Below are positions 12,380 through 23,499 of a stretch of DNA of 64,000 nt, in pieces; position 1 is the first letter of the stretch, and each line of letters starts with the position of its first letter. The notes below the pieces were generated by a model. The model did not search any database. It worked only from the letters and a program-made list of their open reading frames with translations, and was not told the origin of the DNA. This stretch comes from Lingula anatina (lineage: Eukaryota > Animalia > Brachiopoda). The translations under genes were made by a program, and so were the position numbers. The stretch spans positions 50,880,788-50,944,787 of the forward strand of contig CM120640.1 in the NCBI GenBank assembly GCA_051362555.1, read 5' to 3'.

Positions 12380-12785
12380 CTATAGACACAATGAGAAATA
12401 TTGAGATTAAATGCATGCAGCAATACTGGTACTTCTTTTTTTCCCAATTATTTTAAGCCAAATTACAAATAAATTTCTGATTGATGTTTGTAATTCTACA
12501 AATACTTAAACAAATTATAAAACTGAAATACATCATACTGATACATATATCTTTCAGAAATTTAGCAGGAATCATAAGCAACATAATAAAAAGAACAAAA
12601 AATGAATAAAATTACATTAACTTACAAAAGTAAATAATTTTTTTAACCACCTATTAACTGGTGACAGAAAGTAAAAAAAAAAAAAAAATTAAAAGTTTAT
12701 GACTAGAAATTAATATTCATATGCAAGAATATTTGACTTATTTTTGACATATGACAAGAGTTCATGTCCCCCCAAACTGTCTTAC

Positions 12786-12850
12786 CTGATAATCCAGAGG
12801 AAAATCAAATAGTTCCAAATTTTCTTTGAATGTTGCATTGATTCTTATAC
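12786..12850 (-). CDS. pLGIC exon 4: Cys-less Pro-loop
   Basis: GIRINATFKENLELFDFPLDYQ; tcag / gtaaga. Confidence 0.9.
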
Positions 12851-13107
12851 CTGATTAAAAAAATTCAATAGCATAGTTAAACATGCAATCTCTCTTTGCT
12901 TTGCTTTACACATTTATTGCATGAATAACAACATTCTGATCACAACTGCATAATTTGTAATTCTGTTCAGCAAAAATCATTACTTGTCCACTGAGAAACT
13001 CAGCTTTACATAGAGCCATTTGATAACAGATATCTGCAGACTTCATCATTTTCTTTATTCAGCATCAGATCTGCAGTAGTACCGTTGACGGATATGCATC
13101 AATTTAC

Positions 13108-13234
13108 CTAATATCACAACTGGAATGCCATCCCCATCTTCATATGTCAGCTGATGCATTCTGTTCTTTTTGTACGTGGACACCTCATTTATGACCACGA
13201 TGCGTGGGTCCCAGTGTTCATCCCAGTCTACATC
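13108..13234 (-). CDS. pLGIC exon 3
   Basis: DVDWDEHWDPRIVVINEVSTYKKNRMHQLTYEDGDGIPVVIL; aag acceptor (weaker) / gtaaat. Confidence 0.82.
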
Positions 13235-13328
13235 CTTTTGTTTGTGAAAACAAAATAATATCTTCATTATATTCAAATATATATATATATTTTGTATTTT
13301 ATTAAGGGTCTAAGTCAAGTTCTACTGC

Positions 13329-13338
<10 letters not shown>

Positions 13339-13376
<38 letters not shown>
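13339..13376. repeat. (AC)n microsatellite
   Basis: Read directly. Confidence 0.95.
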
Positions 13377-13378
<2 letters not shown>

Positions 13379-13825
13379 CAGCAGAAAGCACTGAGAAACA
13401 TTGTATCAAATCATTTTCACATACTGCACATATTTGTCAGCCAAAATTACTTCCTTTTGAGTATTTCCACATGCATTTTACACTGCTTGAGGACACCCTA
13501 GGATGATTACAAAATATGGCATGATTTCTACCCATTTTAAAATTCTGTGCTGTTTCTGGATAACTGCACTAAGGACTGACCTGTGTTGACACAAGACTAA
13601 GATCAGCTGGTATACTACCATGTGAACAGTGTTTTGACTTGATCTTGATCTTAGATAGGTTCAAAAGTGTAACATTTAAAAACAAACTTTCAAATTGAAT
13701 TAAAAAATTGAACTGAAATAAGGACTATAACTAGCAGATCTTGGGGAAATTATGTTTTATTTATTTATTTGTTTATTTAATTTTTTTTGTCATCACCAAA
13801 GCAAATGTTTGCAAATCAAGTTTTA

Positions 13826-13935
13826 CTGTATGTGCTTTTGAAAAATTATTTAATTGTTCTTTTCATATAACCCATATTTGCTGTATATGCTTTTGAAAAA
13901 TTATTTAATTGTTCTTTTCATATAACCCATATTTG
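13826..13935. repeat. 55-bp tandem duplication (2 copies)
   Basis: ctgtatRtgcttttgaaaaattatttaattgttcttttcatataacccatatttg occurs twice with one mismatch. Confidence 0.9.
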
Positions 13936-14117
13936 TCAACCAAATTTCCTTCACTTTACCTATTTTATAAGTACCTTACTCTGCATTGGAAAATCCTAGG
14001 ACTAGAAAGATTTTTTCAATAGTGAGGAATCAGTAAAACTATGTATGGCTATCTGTATGCCAAATTTCAATTCCCTAGTACACATTTTTACTCTGATTAG
14101 AAATAAAAAGGAATCAC

Positions 14118-14261
14118 CTTTGCATCTAACTGTGAGCCATCTTTCTGCACCAGTAACGGCTCCTTCCACCTTGCCTCAATGTATACATCAGCTGAAAACT
14201 CCTGGTGGGCATCATTGATGTCGCCTACTGCAATAAAACTGGTTCTCAATTCGACAACCAC
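14118..14261 (-). CDS. pLGIC exon 2: beta1-beta2 strands
   Basis: VVVELRTSFIAVGDINDAHQEFSADVYIEARWKEPLLVQKDGSQLDAK; ctag / gtgatt. Confidence 0.88.
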
Positions 14262-14601
14262 CTAGAAATATAATATCATGCTCAAAACTCGAAAATTGAA
14301 TTATAATGCTCATTTTTGCCCCAGACGTCATTGTGCTCTACATGTAGCTGCCTAAAAAAAATTAACCTTAAATGCTAGGCAGGTAAGGCCAAAAGGCTGG
14401 CATATGTAAGATCGAAAACTGAGGAAAATGCCAAGTAAGCTAGCGGGCCTTCTGCTTCAGGGGCCTGATACTATTACCGAGTATACGGTGTAACATCACT
14501 TAAAGAGAATTCCACATCTGATATGTTTGGATTGACACAGCTCATTTAAAAGCAATCTAATCGGAAACCAGTCAGCAAGAGTCACTATAGTGGACACCTA
14601 C

Positions 14602-14763
14602 CTTTTCACCACCAAAATATTTTCTATTTCTATGTATTTTTTCACCATCTGTTGTATTTTCCACTATCTTCAGAAGAAGAGCAGTCTGTTTTCTTTGCTC
14701 CTCTATCAGCTGAAGTGCTTGTTGTTTCTGCTCTTGTAAAAGATTATCAAGTTGTCCGTCCAT
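14602..14763 (-). CDS. pLGIC exon 1: hydrophilic, coiled-coil-like N-terminus with no signal peptide
   Basis: MDGQLDNLLQEQKQQALQLIEEQRKQTALLLKIVENTTDGEKIHRNRKYFGGEK; donor gtaggt, phase 0; in-frame TGA two codons upstream of the ATG. Confidence 0.7.
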
Positions 14764-15174
14764 TACTCAGCGGTCGACAGGTAATACAATGGGGCATGGC
14801 TTCTCTAGTTACCATGGCACAACTGGTCACCGATACAACCATTTTAGCTTGCCCTTTTCATTGATTATTTATAACGTATTGTGCTTTTGTTGAGACCTTG
14901 AATTCTGCTTTTGTTACTAGTTTATTTGAATGTGGAAACAATAACAATAAACTTTTCATCGTGAAATTAAGTCTTAGAATCTAAAGCGCAACTCTTTGTG
15001 AGCCATTATAAGCATTATACATGGTTTGACTTCCAAACCAAGTCTATTTAGTAGCATCCATAATATTTTGTTCTATATTAGCATGAGATATAGCGATTCA
15101 ATGAATGGGAAAGGAAAATGTCAGTTGATCTTGTCTGGACAGTTATGCCCATACCCAAAGTAAAAATTCACAAG

Positions 15175-15180
15175 TTTATT
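15175..15180 (-). terminator. Candidate distal poly(A) signal of InR (3' UTR ~2.8 kb)
   Basis: AATAAA on the minus strand followed by a U/GU-rich tract. Alternative signals lie at 15295-15300 and 16583-16588. Confidence 0.4.
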
Positions 15181-17974
15181 AAGTATATGATAGAATACAA
15201 CTTTCTTAAGGTGTGTGTTGGTCTGCTTAAGTAATTTTGCTGCATGAAAGGCATTACAAAACACAAAACAACATCTGTCAAGCCTGAGCTCCATTTTATT
15301 CTGATATCTATTTGGTCTTCAGAATACCATTAAAAACACTAATGTCTTGCCCAGTTAAGAAAAACTGGCAGTTGTAGTTCAGTCCCTCAAGAACAATATA
15401 TACACATGATATATTTCTACTGCAGCAGTCACATCAAAGGTTAAAACTTAAGGCAAGATAAGTGAACAAAAGCCGAGAATAAATTTGAGCACATAAAATA
15501 CATGCACAGCTCTAATTCATAAATTAGGTAAGGTGGTCAAAATATATACATGTAAATTTGTTTACAGCTTTCTGTACAATTATCTTTATGGTGCTTAAAT
15601 TAATGAAAATGAATATATTGTAAAATCCTCTGGCGGCACATCAATCTTGCTCTTTCATATGCTTCCATGGCAATGTTATATATCTAGGTTGCAGTAAGCC
15701 ATGGCGTAACCAGCACATTGCCACATTTAATCACTGACATTTAAAATTTTTCTTACCATACTTCTAACAATTTAGATGCATACCACAGACTTCATTTCAC
15801 AGATGACAACTCATTCAGGTTCATAAGCTTTGCATGTACAATATTCTACACTTCAATAGAAAAGTTTACCGATAAGGAAAATTGAAACAACTCTGCCCTT
15901 TAACAATGAACATGGTTAAAAGGAACAATAATTATATCATCTGCCTGGAACATTAAACCATTTTTAACAGCATGATCTGTTCAAGTACATTTTATGTGTA
16001 TAATCAGTACCATTATTCATACAGAAAATAAGGACTAGATGGCATGCACAGATGACCTGAAAGGACCCTATACAATATATGCAACATAGATGTAGTCTTG
16101 ATGACAAAAACAAAACAACAAAAACAGCAGACTATACAAACATAGACCTCACTGGCTCTATCACAAGCTCAGCAAGTCTAATAAAATGTTAATCTAATGT
16201 AAATGGCCTTGAATAAATAATGCATTCGTATCTTACTCATTGTTTAATTTCTAGTGTTTTCAACCATGACAAAAATCATTTGGAGGTAGCATGATTTCAC
16301 AAATACATGAGATTTCCACATAAAGAATTAAAATTATGACAATAATTATAATTGTAACCATAAAGCCATGTTCATTAAAACCATGTAACACTATTAAAAT
16401 ATTCTTGATCACTGGAGGGACAAGGCTAGGCTTCTGTCTAAAATACAGAGGTAGAATAAGGCAAGCAAGAGGTCAATCCATGAAATCCTGTATCTATTTC
16501 CTGATTAAAACAGTTGTAAGTGCACCTAGGATTTGAATGAGGTTTGTACAGTCCCTGCTATGAAAAGCAGAGGTCCAACAGGTTTATTACCAAATGTTGA
16601 TTTACCAGGGATTTAGCTGGAAAATTTCATCACTTAATAATCTAAAAGACATAGTTCAACAATACTACTGGGTATGGTTCTCCCACTACTCCATACTATA
16701 AGCCTGTCAATCCCTACTATGTGGCAATTAATTTATCTTTTGTGTACCTTTTAACTCAAATAAATATGCACTCACAAATGTCATTGGTGAATCGAATATT
16801 GATTTTTTTTCTAGTGATTTCAATTAATTTCTGTAAATAATCCATAACAATGTATCAATAGTGATGATTCTCCTTAGCATGTTTTCCAGTTAAAAATCAA
16901 TGAACAATTGTTTAATTCTTTGATTTGATAAACAGAAAATAGGTAGAAAAAAGAAAAAAATAAGGGCATCAACAGCACAATCATATCATTTAAACAAAGT
17001 CACAAATAAAAGTAACATTCTAAAAACATTCTAAGTATTGTAAAAAAATTGTTGTCCCCATATTATAATTCAATAAAATACATTCTAGGTACTAAAAGAG
17101 AAAAGAATTACTACAGAAAAATGTTGGTTAAAAATATGACCTAGAAGTGTGTGTCAGGGCCATAATTATCTTATAATTAATGACTGCTACATGAAGCAAT
17201 TCCATTAAATTTTTTCTCAATTTGGTGTATTCAAGGTGCAATTCTTTTCAAATTACAAATATCTGTAGACTGGTGTAAATATTTGCATCAGTTTAAATCA
17301 AAATCATGTAAAAACCCAAAATAAAGAAATGCTGGTGTAAGTTAAATAATGGTCTGGTGTAAATAATTGGCTGGCTGACTTCACAAGAGAAAGAAAAAGT
17401 ATAAGAAATTCAATAGCCTGGTCAAATTTATCAGCACATTAACATCACGCATCTGAATTTAAACTTGATTTAAAATATAGAAGACATTAAAATGTCTAAT
17501 ACATTAATACACAATTCCTGACAAAACAAAAAATTGCCTCTTATGTTGGAGCAGTGACCAAAAACAATTAACACCAAGAAGAGCTTTGAAGTTATGACTA
17601 TACTTGTATCCATTAACGTTTTAAACATAATTTGCTGGCTATAAAAGCTATTAGCTTGGAGTAATTTTGACCATTCATTATCTCTATACATGTCCATCTG
17701 AAAAGTATTTAGGAGACTTAGGTGATATGTTCACTAAGGGAGGACAAATTCTCTGTGGTCTAATGCCGGTAGCACTGACAGTGCTGTGCTGGTGTTTTCT
17801 ATATGGTTCACAGGGCCTGCCTGCTGCTATGCATTACATGTTAAATACCTGCTCCTTCATCCACCCATCCATCCATGTTCATCCAAACTTTCCGTCATGG
17901 TTGGACAACTGAAATGTCAGTTCCTGTACATACTAATATTTACACTTTTATGTTCTGTCTCGCTACTTGTACTA

Positions 17975-18599
17975 CTAGCACTGGGTTGACTGGGTGGGTA
18001 AGTGAACATTGATATGCCCATTCACCAGCCCATTCATGTGGGCATAGCCCCCACCTCCACTACTACTACTTTTGCTACTGCCTTTGCTCCCCTCATTTGA
18101 GTTTATTGCACTTGGGTATGGAATATTCGTGGAGTTGGTGCCACTCGAACGCCGTCTCTTTTTCATTTCATTTTGAAGTGTCTGTTTAATGCACTCGCAA
18201 GAGACGCTTTTGCCACTTTTTGATTCTGTGTCCGAGTGATTTTCAAGGTGATTCTCGGTAATGTTGATGTTACTAAGGTTAATGTGGATGTCCTCTTCTC
18301 CACTGTCAGTCTCTTGCTGAGAAGATCCATGAGGATCAGTGAGGGGCTGCTGTGAATAGTCAGCTTCCATGTAGTCTGACGCAGTCTGCCTTCGTCGAGC
18401 ACCTGGCGAATTTTCAAACACCTCATCATCATCTCCCCATGTGTCTTCATGTGTAGACTGATATGCATTTTCCTCACTGTCAAAGAAGGACACTGCATGG
18501 AAAGAATCGGGCAGGTCTTGGGAAAGATGCTCCAAAATTTGGCAAAAAGTTGGCCTCTGCTTTGGATAATATTTCCAGCACTTCAGCATTATTTTATAT
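17975..18599 (-). CDS. InR: InR exon 24: end of kinase and C-terminal tail
   Basis: YKIMLKCWKYYPKQRPTF...YAHMNGLVNGHINVHLPTQSTQC*. Confidence 0.95.
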
Positions 18600-18897
18600 C
18601 TGAAATAAATAGACACTGATGAAATCTGCACTCTTCTTGCATTTTACTTTTGCCATTTGTGTATGTTGGGAAACAAATGATACAAATTCAGCAAAAAGTG
18701 AAACAGAAACATCTCTGAATACCGAAAGCATTGCTTACTTTTTTCATATCAAGAAACATCCCTGTGGCCTTTGCATTTTTCTTAAAATCTATACAAAACT
18801 TTACAAAAGTATAAAAGCATATAAAGCAAACATGTAATGCCATCCTGTTTGGTGATGTAAACTATATCCTCCTTTTGTTTAATCCTGTATAACTTAC

Positions 18898-19032
18898 AAC
18901 TTGTCTGGGCATCCATCTGGTTTTGGAATGATGTGTCCATCAATGACATATTTCAGGACTTGTTCGTTAGCAAAGCCTTGGTATGGCTGGGCAGCTAGGG
19001 TACTCATTTCCCATAACACTACACCAAAAGAC
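18898..19032 (-). CDS. InR: InR exon 23: kinase
   Basis: [45 protein letters not shown]. Confidence 0.96.
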
Positions 19033-19346
19033 CTGTGGAGAATGAATGAATAAAGAATGAATAACTAATTCTACCTGTTCTCATTCTGAAATATTACTTA
19101 CATTAATCAGTTTTATACTAAAACATGTCTACAGATGAAGGGAGATTAACAGGGTCACCTTCATTTCATATATTCTCTATCTACTTGTTGAAAACAAACT
19201 GTTTAGAGAGATTAATATAAAATATGTACTTCCTGTTTGAAGAGATTTGCATTTCTCAAAATTTACAAAGAAATAAATGTAGCAAAAATAAATAAGGGAA
19301 ATATATAAGAAACATATTCATAGGTTACTTCCTTAGCATCACTCAC

Positions 19347-19476
19347 CACACATCGGATGCATTAGTAAATATGCCATCTTTCAATGACTCGGGTGCCATC
19401 CACCTCACGGGTAACAATCCCTTTCCACCTTTTCTATAGTAATCTGTCTCATAAATATCTCTGGTCATTCCAAAAT
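19347..19476 (-). CDS. InR: InR exon 22: activation loop
   Basis: [44 protein letters not shown]. Confidence 0.97.
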
Positions 19477-19627
19477 CTGAAAGAAAAATATGTTTATAAA
19501 CAGTGACTAGACTTAATGAAAAATGTTATTCAATAAACATTCATGTATAAACATTCTTTGGAAAAAAAAAAAAGGTTAAAAAAATATTCTCTTACAAGGA
19601 GCATGCAACTATCCTGCTGATCAAAAG

Positions 19628-19630
<3 letters not shown>

Positions 19631-19722
<92 letters not shown>
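19631..19722. repeat. (GA)n microsatellite
   Basis: Read directly; lies in an InR kinase-region intron. Confidence 0.97.
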
Positions 19723-19725
<3 letters not shown>

Positions 19726-19748
19726 CGTTATGCAGTGAAAATGTTTAC

Positions 19749-19908
19749 CTCCTATTTTTACAGTCATATTATCTGACACCATGCAGTTTCTGGCTGCTAA
19801 ATCTCGGTGGACAAATTTCTTGGCAGATAGGTATGCCATTCCATCAGCTATTTCACCAGTCATTCTTAAGATTTCTGGAAGATCTGGTGGCTGACGCCCC
19901 TCATTGTC
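19749..19908 (-). CDS. InR: InR exon 21: catalytic loop
   Basis: DNEGRQPP...[31 protein letters not shown]. Confidence 0.97.
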
Positions 19909-20159
19909 CTGTGGAGATGTAAAGGCATCATTCATAAAATATCAGAATAAGGAAAAATCAAGTTTAAACAAAGTATTTATATAGATAAATCCATGTTTTG
20001 TTAAATGGATGAAGACATACTGATGCTTTTCTTTACTTAAGTTTTATCTATTATGCTGAACAACCATTTTAAATTAGAAACCCTCTCATTTCTAAATAAC
20101 CACATAATAACATAATTATATATTTCTTATTTTTCACAGGTGCAGACATATACACTGAC

Positions 20160-20357
20160 CGGTTCATCAGGCCGATGTTTCCGAAGGAAATTTTTCAGAT
20201 CTCCCACAGCCATAAGCTCCATGATCACCAGAGTAGGCTGCCCCTTGGACACCACACCCAGTAACTTCACCACATGGTGGCAGTTAAATGCCTTCATCAC
20301 TGATGCCTCATTCAGAAACTCTATGCGGTCACGAATCGAGGCATTTTCATTTACAGT
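20160..20357 (-). CDS. InR: InR exon 20: kinase
   Basis: [49 protein letters not shown]...HRPDEP. Confidence 0.97.
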
Positions 20358-20547
20358 CTGGAAACAAACAATTGTAGCTTTCACGTCACATTGGCACAAA
20401 ATCCATCTATTAACTGCACTCTCTTTTATGCGTGTCAAATTTGATAATTGATAATTTTGACTCATTTTTGTATATAATTTCTGATAAAACCAAACTTATA
20501 TAAAACATGTTTAATGGTGTAAGTATGCAGACTTAGCGAGTCCTTAC

Positions 20548-20690
20548 CTTCACTGCCACTCGCACTTGTGGCTCTCCCTCTACTATTTCTTTGGCTATAC
20601 CCTCATAAACCATACCAAAAGATCCCTGGCCAAGCTCTCGAATAAGGGAAATTTTGTCACGGTCCACTTCCCACTCATCAGGTATGTATA
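20548..20690 (-). CDS. InR: InR exon 19: Gly-rich loop and VAVK
   Basis: [31 protein letters not shown]...VRVAVK. Confidence 0.97.
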
Positions 20691-21176
20691 CTGAGTAGAT
20701 AAATAATATCATATTATAACCATTTTAAAAGCTTCTAATTTACTTAACTGTCTTCTTATCTAACCAAAATCACAGCCTAGTTTAAAAGGATAACAACTGT
20801 TTGTTTGGCCAAAACATGAATTTTTCAGGGGTAAACGATAATTTTCCCATAATAACCAATGATTAATGAATTCATTTTCACATTCAAAATTAGTCCCTGT
20901 TTTTTCCTAAAAAGTTTTTTTTTTTGTAATAATCTCTAAAGAGATTATTACAGAGTATAGCCATCTTTGGAGGTCAAATGGTTCAATGACAGGCACAGAT
21001 TTCAGAATTGCTATAACTGCCATTTTTTTTTTTTTGTGGTAAAAAAGAATAGGTTACATTTCTATGAGTTGTTTACAATGTATTTATTGTGAAATATAGA
21101 TCTCTTACCAAGAGTTGTTATCCTTTTAAAGTCGGAGAATTACCATTGAAATAATATACCCCTTTCAATTTAACAC

Positions 21177-21494
21177 AAACAAGGCAGCAAAGCTGTCAAA
21201 TGTACAGACAAAAAACAGAAAACGATGACGCAGAAAATAGGCTACTGTCAATTCTGATGCAATAATACATTGTGCTTAACTGTAAAGTCAATATCAAATC
21301 TAATTATTCACAACAGGTAATACTGAAATAAGTAAAATGTGTAGCAAGCATAAGGCTTCAAGTCCATGACAGTTCAAGTTCACACTTTAAAAATGCCAGA
21401 ATGAGAAAATTGAAAATTTCACAAAAAATTGCACAAATCCAATAAAAAATGATAATCCAAAAGAGCTGGTTCTCCAATTTGAGCTGTATGTCAA
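21177..21494. mobile_element. HINE-like dispersed repeat, copy 1 (5' part)
   Basis: Aligns by eye over ~310 bp with 28082-28393 (aaacaaggcagcaaagctgtcaaatgtacagac...). Confidence 0.7.
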
Positions 21495-21749
21495 TCCTAA
21501 GAATCATTCTTGTAAGTTAAAAAATGATAAGAAATGCATCTGTCTTTACATAAAAAGTAAATCATGTGATAATCAAATTTCTGTAAATTGAAAAATATTA
21601 ACTAATACAGTGTGTGAAAAAGAGCTTTTAGGAGTAATGATTGTAATAATGGCATCATCCATAACATTTTTTCCTAAATGTTTGGGGTGGTGCGTAAATG
21701 TTTTAGATGTGACTGCATTGGCTGTGGCAGTGAAATATGTATGACTCAC

Positions 21750-21823
21750 CATCTCCAGCACTCAGGTACTCCGGATTACAAGATGTGTACAGGGCATCCA
21801 CTGGCAGTTGGTTTTTCTTCAGT
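21750..21823 (-). CDS. InR: InR exon 18: juxtamembrane region with NPEY
   Basis: LKKNQLPVDALYTSCNPEYLSAGD. Confidence 0.95.
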
Positions 21824-22168
21824 CTAAATTAAAAAGTCATCTTTAAATAGCAGTGTATCAGAGAAAAAAAAAGCATAACGAATTTCTTTTTGAGATAGAT
21901 CAACAACATCTGACAGCATCAAAGGCTTATTATTTTGGTAATCAATGGGAAGAAAAAACGATTACTTATCATAGTTTCAAAATAAGTTATGTGAAAGGGA
22001 TTAATAAATATGCAAAAATATTGACAGGCTGTGTAGCTGCCAGGATGTTGGCAGTAGATTTTACACTAGTTATTTTTGAATAATTATCTCTATAGTACAA
22101 GGTATTGAATGTCACATGCCTGTTACAGTCTTGAACGTGAACAAATAGTTTGGCCAGTGCTGACTAAC

Positions 22169-22280
22169 CTGTATTTGACAAAGAGCACCCCAGAAGTTAT
22201 CACAACTATCACCACCACTATCACCACTGATACCGAGATGATGGCTATGTTGACTGGGGACATGAAAGTATCTGCAGCAG
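22169..22280 (-). CDS. InR: InR exon 17: transmembrane helix
   Basis: AAADTFMSPVNIAIISVSVVIVVVIVVITSGVLFVKYR. An alternative in-frame acceptor lies 9 nt inside. Confidence 0.92.
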
Positions 22281-22566
22281 CTGCAAGTATACAAAAATAT
22301 ACACATTTTAACTTTAAAAAAATTCTGGAACATACTCATTTTGAAAGAGATTATGGGAGACCAAAGTTAAATCACTGACATACCATAGACACTGCAAACG
22401 CATTTTGTCCGTAATGCCAATAAAATTAAAACTAATCACCTGATTTCCCTAAACAACCTGTGAGACCTTTTCGAAGAGCACTTCAGCTAAATTAACTCCA
22501 TCACGTGTCACTCAAAAGGGAAAATAAAGCTCTTTACAGACAAATTCCCTTCATGTAACAACCCAC

Positions 22567-22747
22567 CTGGTTTAGGAACAATAAAATAATGCAGGTCTGA
22601 GCAGGAGTCATTGCTTGTACCAGCTAAGGAAGTGGAACAGACTTTGACACTCCAGTTTCCTGGTGTCAGCTTGCCTTTTGCCCTGTAGCCACCAATTTCT
22701 CTGTACTTCTTGTGTGGAATACAAGGGCTTTTCACCTCTTCAGGTTG
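22567..22747 (-). CDS. InR: InR exon 16: FnIII-3
   Basis: QPEEVKSPCIPHKKY...LTPGNWSVKVCSTSLAG...YFIVPKP. Confidence 0.93.
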
Positions 22748-22891
22748 CTATTATAAGGAAGAAGTAAAAGCGTCAACAAAATTTCTCTAGCAAAAATTCT
22801 CTCTTAAACTGTAAACTATATATAAAACTGGTATTTTTTTTACTTGTGGTATATATACATAATTCAAAAGAGAAACATAAAGGAGACATAC

Positions 22892-23022
22892 CAGCACATT
22901 TTGATATGTGATTGTGTATGTTAGCAAAACACCATTAGGGGTTGGAGGGTCAGACCACAGAAATAACACCTCCTGGGAACTGTTCACCACCACTTTCACA
23001 GAATCCACACGATCTGCCATCC
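22892..23022 (-). CDS. InR: InR exon 15: FnIII-3
   Basis: MADRVDSV...LFLWSDPPTPNGVLLTYTITYQNVL. Confidence 0.93.
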
Positions 23023-23257
23023 CTGGAAAGAAGGAAAAGTACTTTATAATATGCTTACATCGAAGTTGCTGATCCCAGTGTATCCTAGATTTAATGCAGC
23101 TTTAATCAAAGCTGTTCAGCTACAATAAAAAATGCTGTTAAGTTACAAATTTCAAAATAACAGGAACAAAGTGAGTCTTGAGAAACATTGGAATTTCATT
23201 TTCATCGTTTATCGTTTATTTGCAAGGAAACCGAGGTAAAAGCCTGTTTTCACTTAC

Positions 23258-23345
23258 TTGATGCCCTGGTTCTCTTATTAGCAATAGCTTTACTGCTGCA
23301 TAACTTTTTTCTGGTCGTTTCATCATATTCTTGACATGCAATTAT
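23258..23345 (-). CDS. InR: InR exon 14: FnIII-2b
   Basis: IIACQEYDETTRKKLCSSKAIANKRTRAS. Confidence 0.92.
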
Positions 23346-23499
23346 CTGTAAAAAATCACATTAATTTACATCTTAATGAAAAACAGTTATCAACCATCAA
23401 ATAATATACAAATCCTGCAGGGTCTATATTTGTATAAAACTCTGTGAAAGCCATCAACTAAACCTCCCACAACACAAACTTCAGACAAATTTGACTCAC

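Larger units (their letters stand above)
9750..14763 (-). other. Gene span: Cys-less (Pro-loop) pentameric ligand-gated ion channel subunit, 9 coding exons, ~473 aa
   Basis: Spliced translation contains the pLGIC motifs W-x-P (HWDPRI), [FY]PxD loop (LELFDFPLDYQ, no Cys), pre-M1 R (VTRRAGFY), four TM helices and the M2-M3 loop LPAVSYLTFLD. All splice phases are compatible. Confidence 0.9.

Noticed and set aside
18163-18498. 111-aa alternative-frame ORF inside the last InR exon
   Set aside because: No recognisable motifs and no independent start context; likely a by-product of the coding sequence.
19629-19922. ORF with an (RE)n repeat
   Set aside because: Translation of the (GA)n microsatellite plus the antisense of an InR exon.
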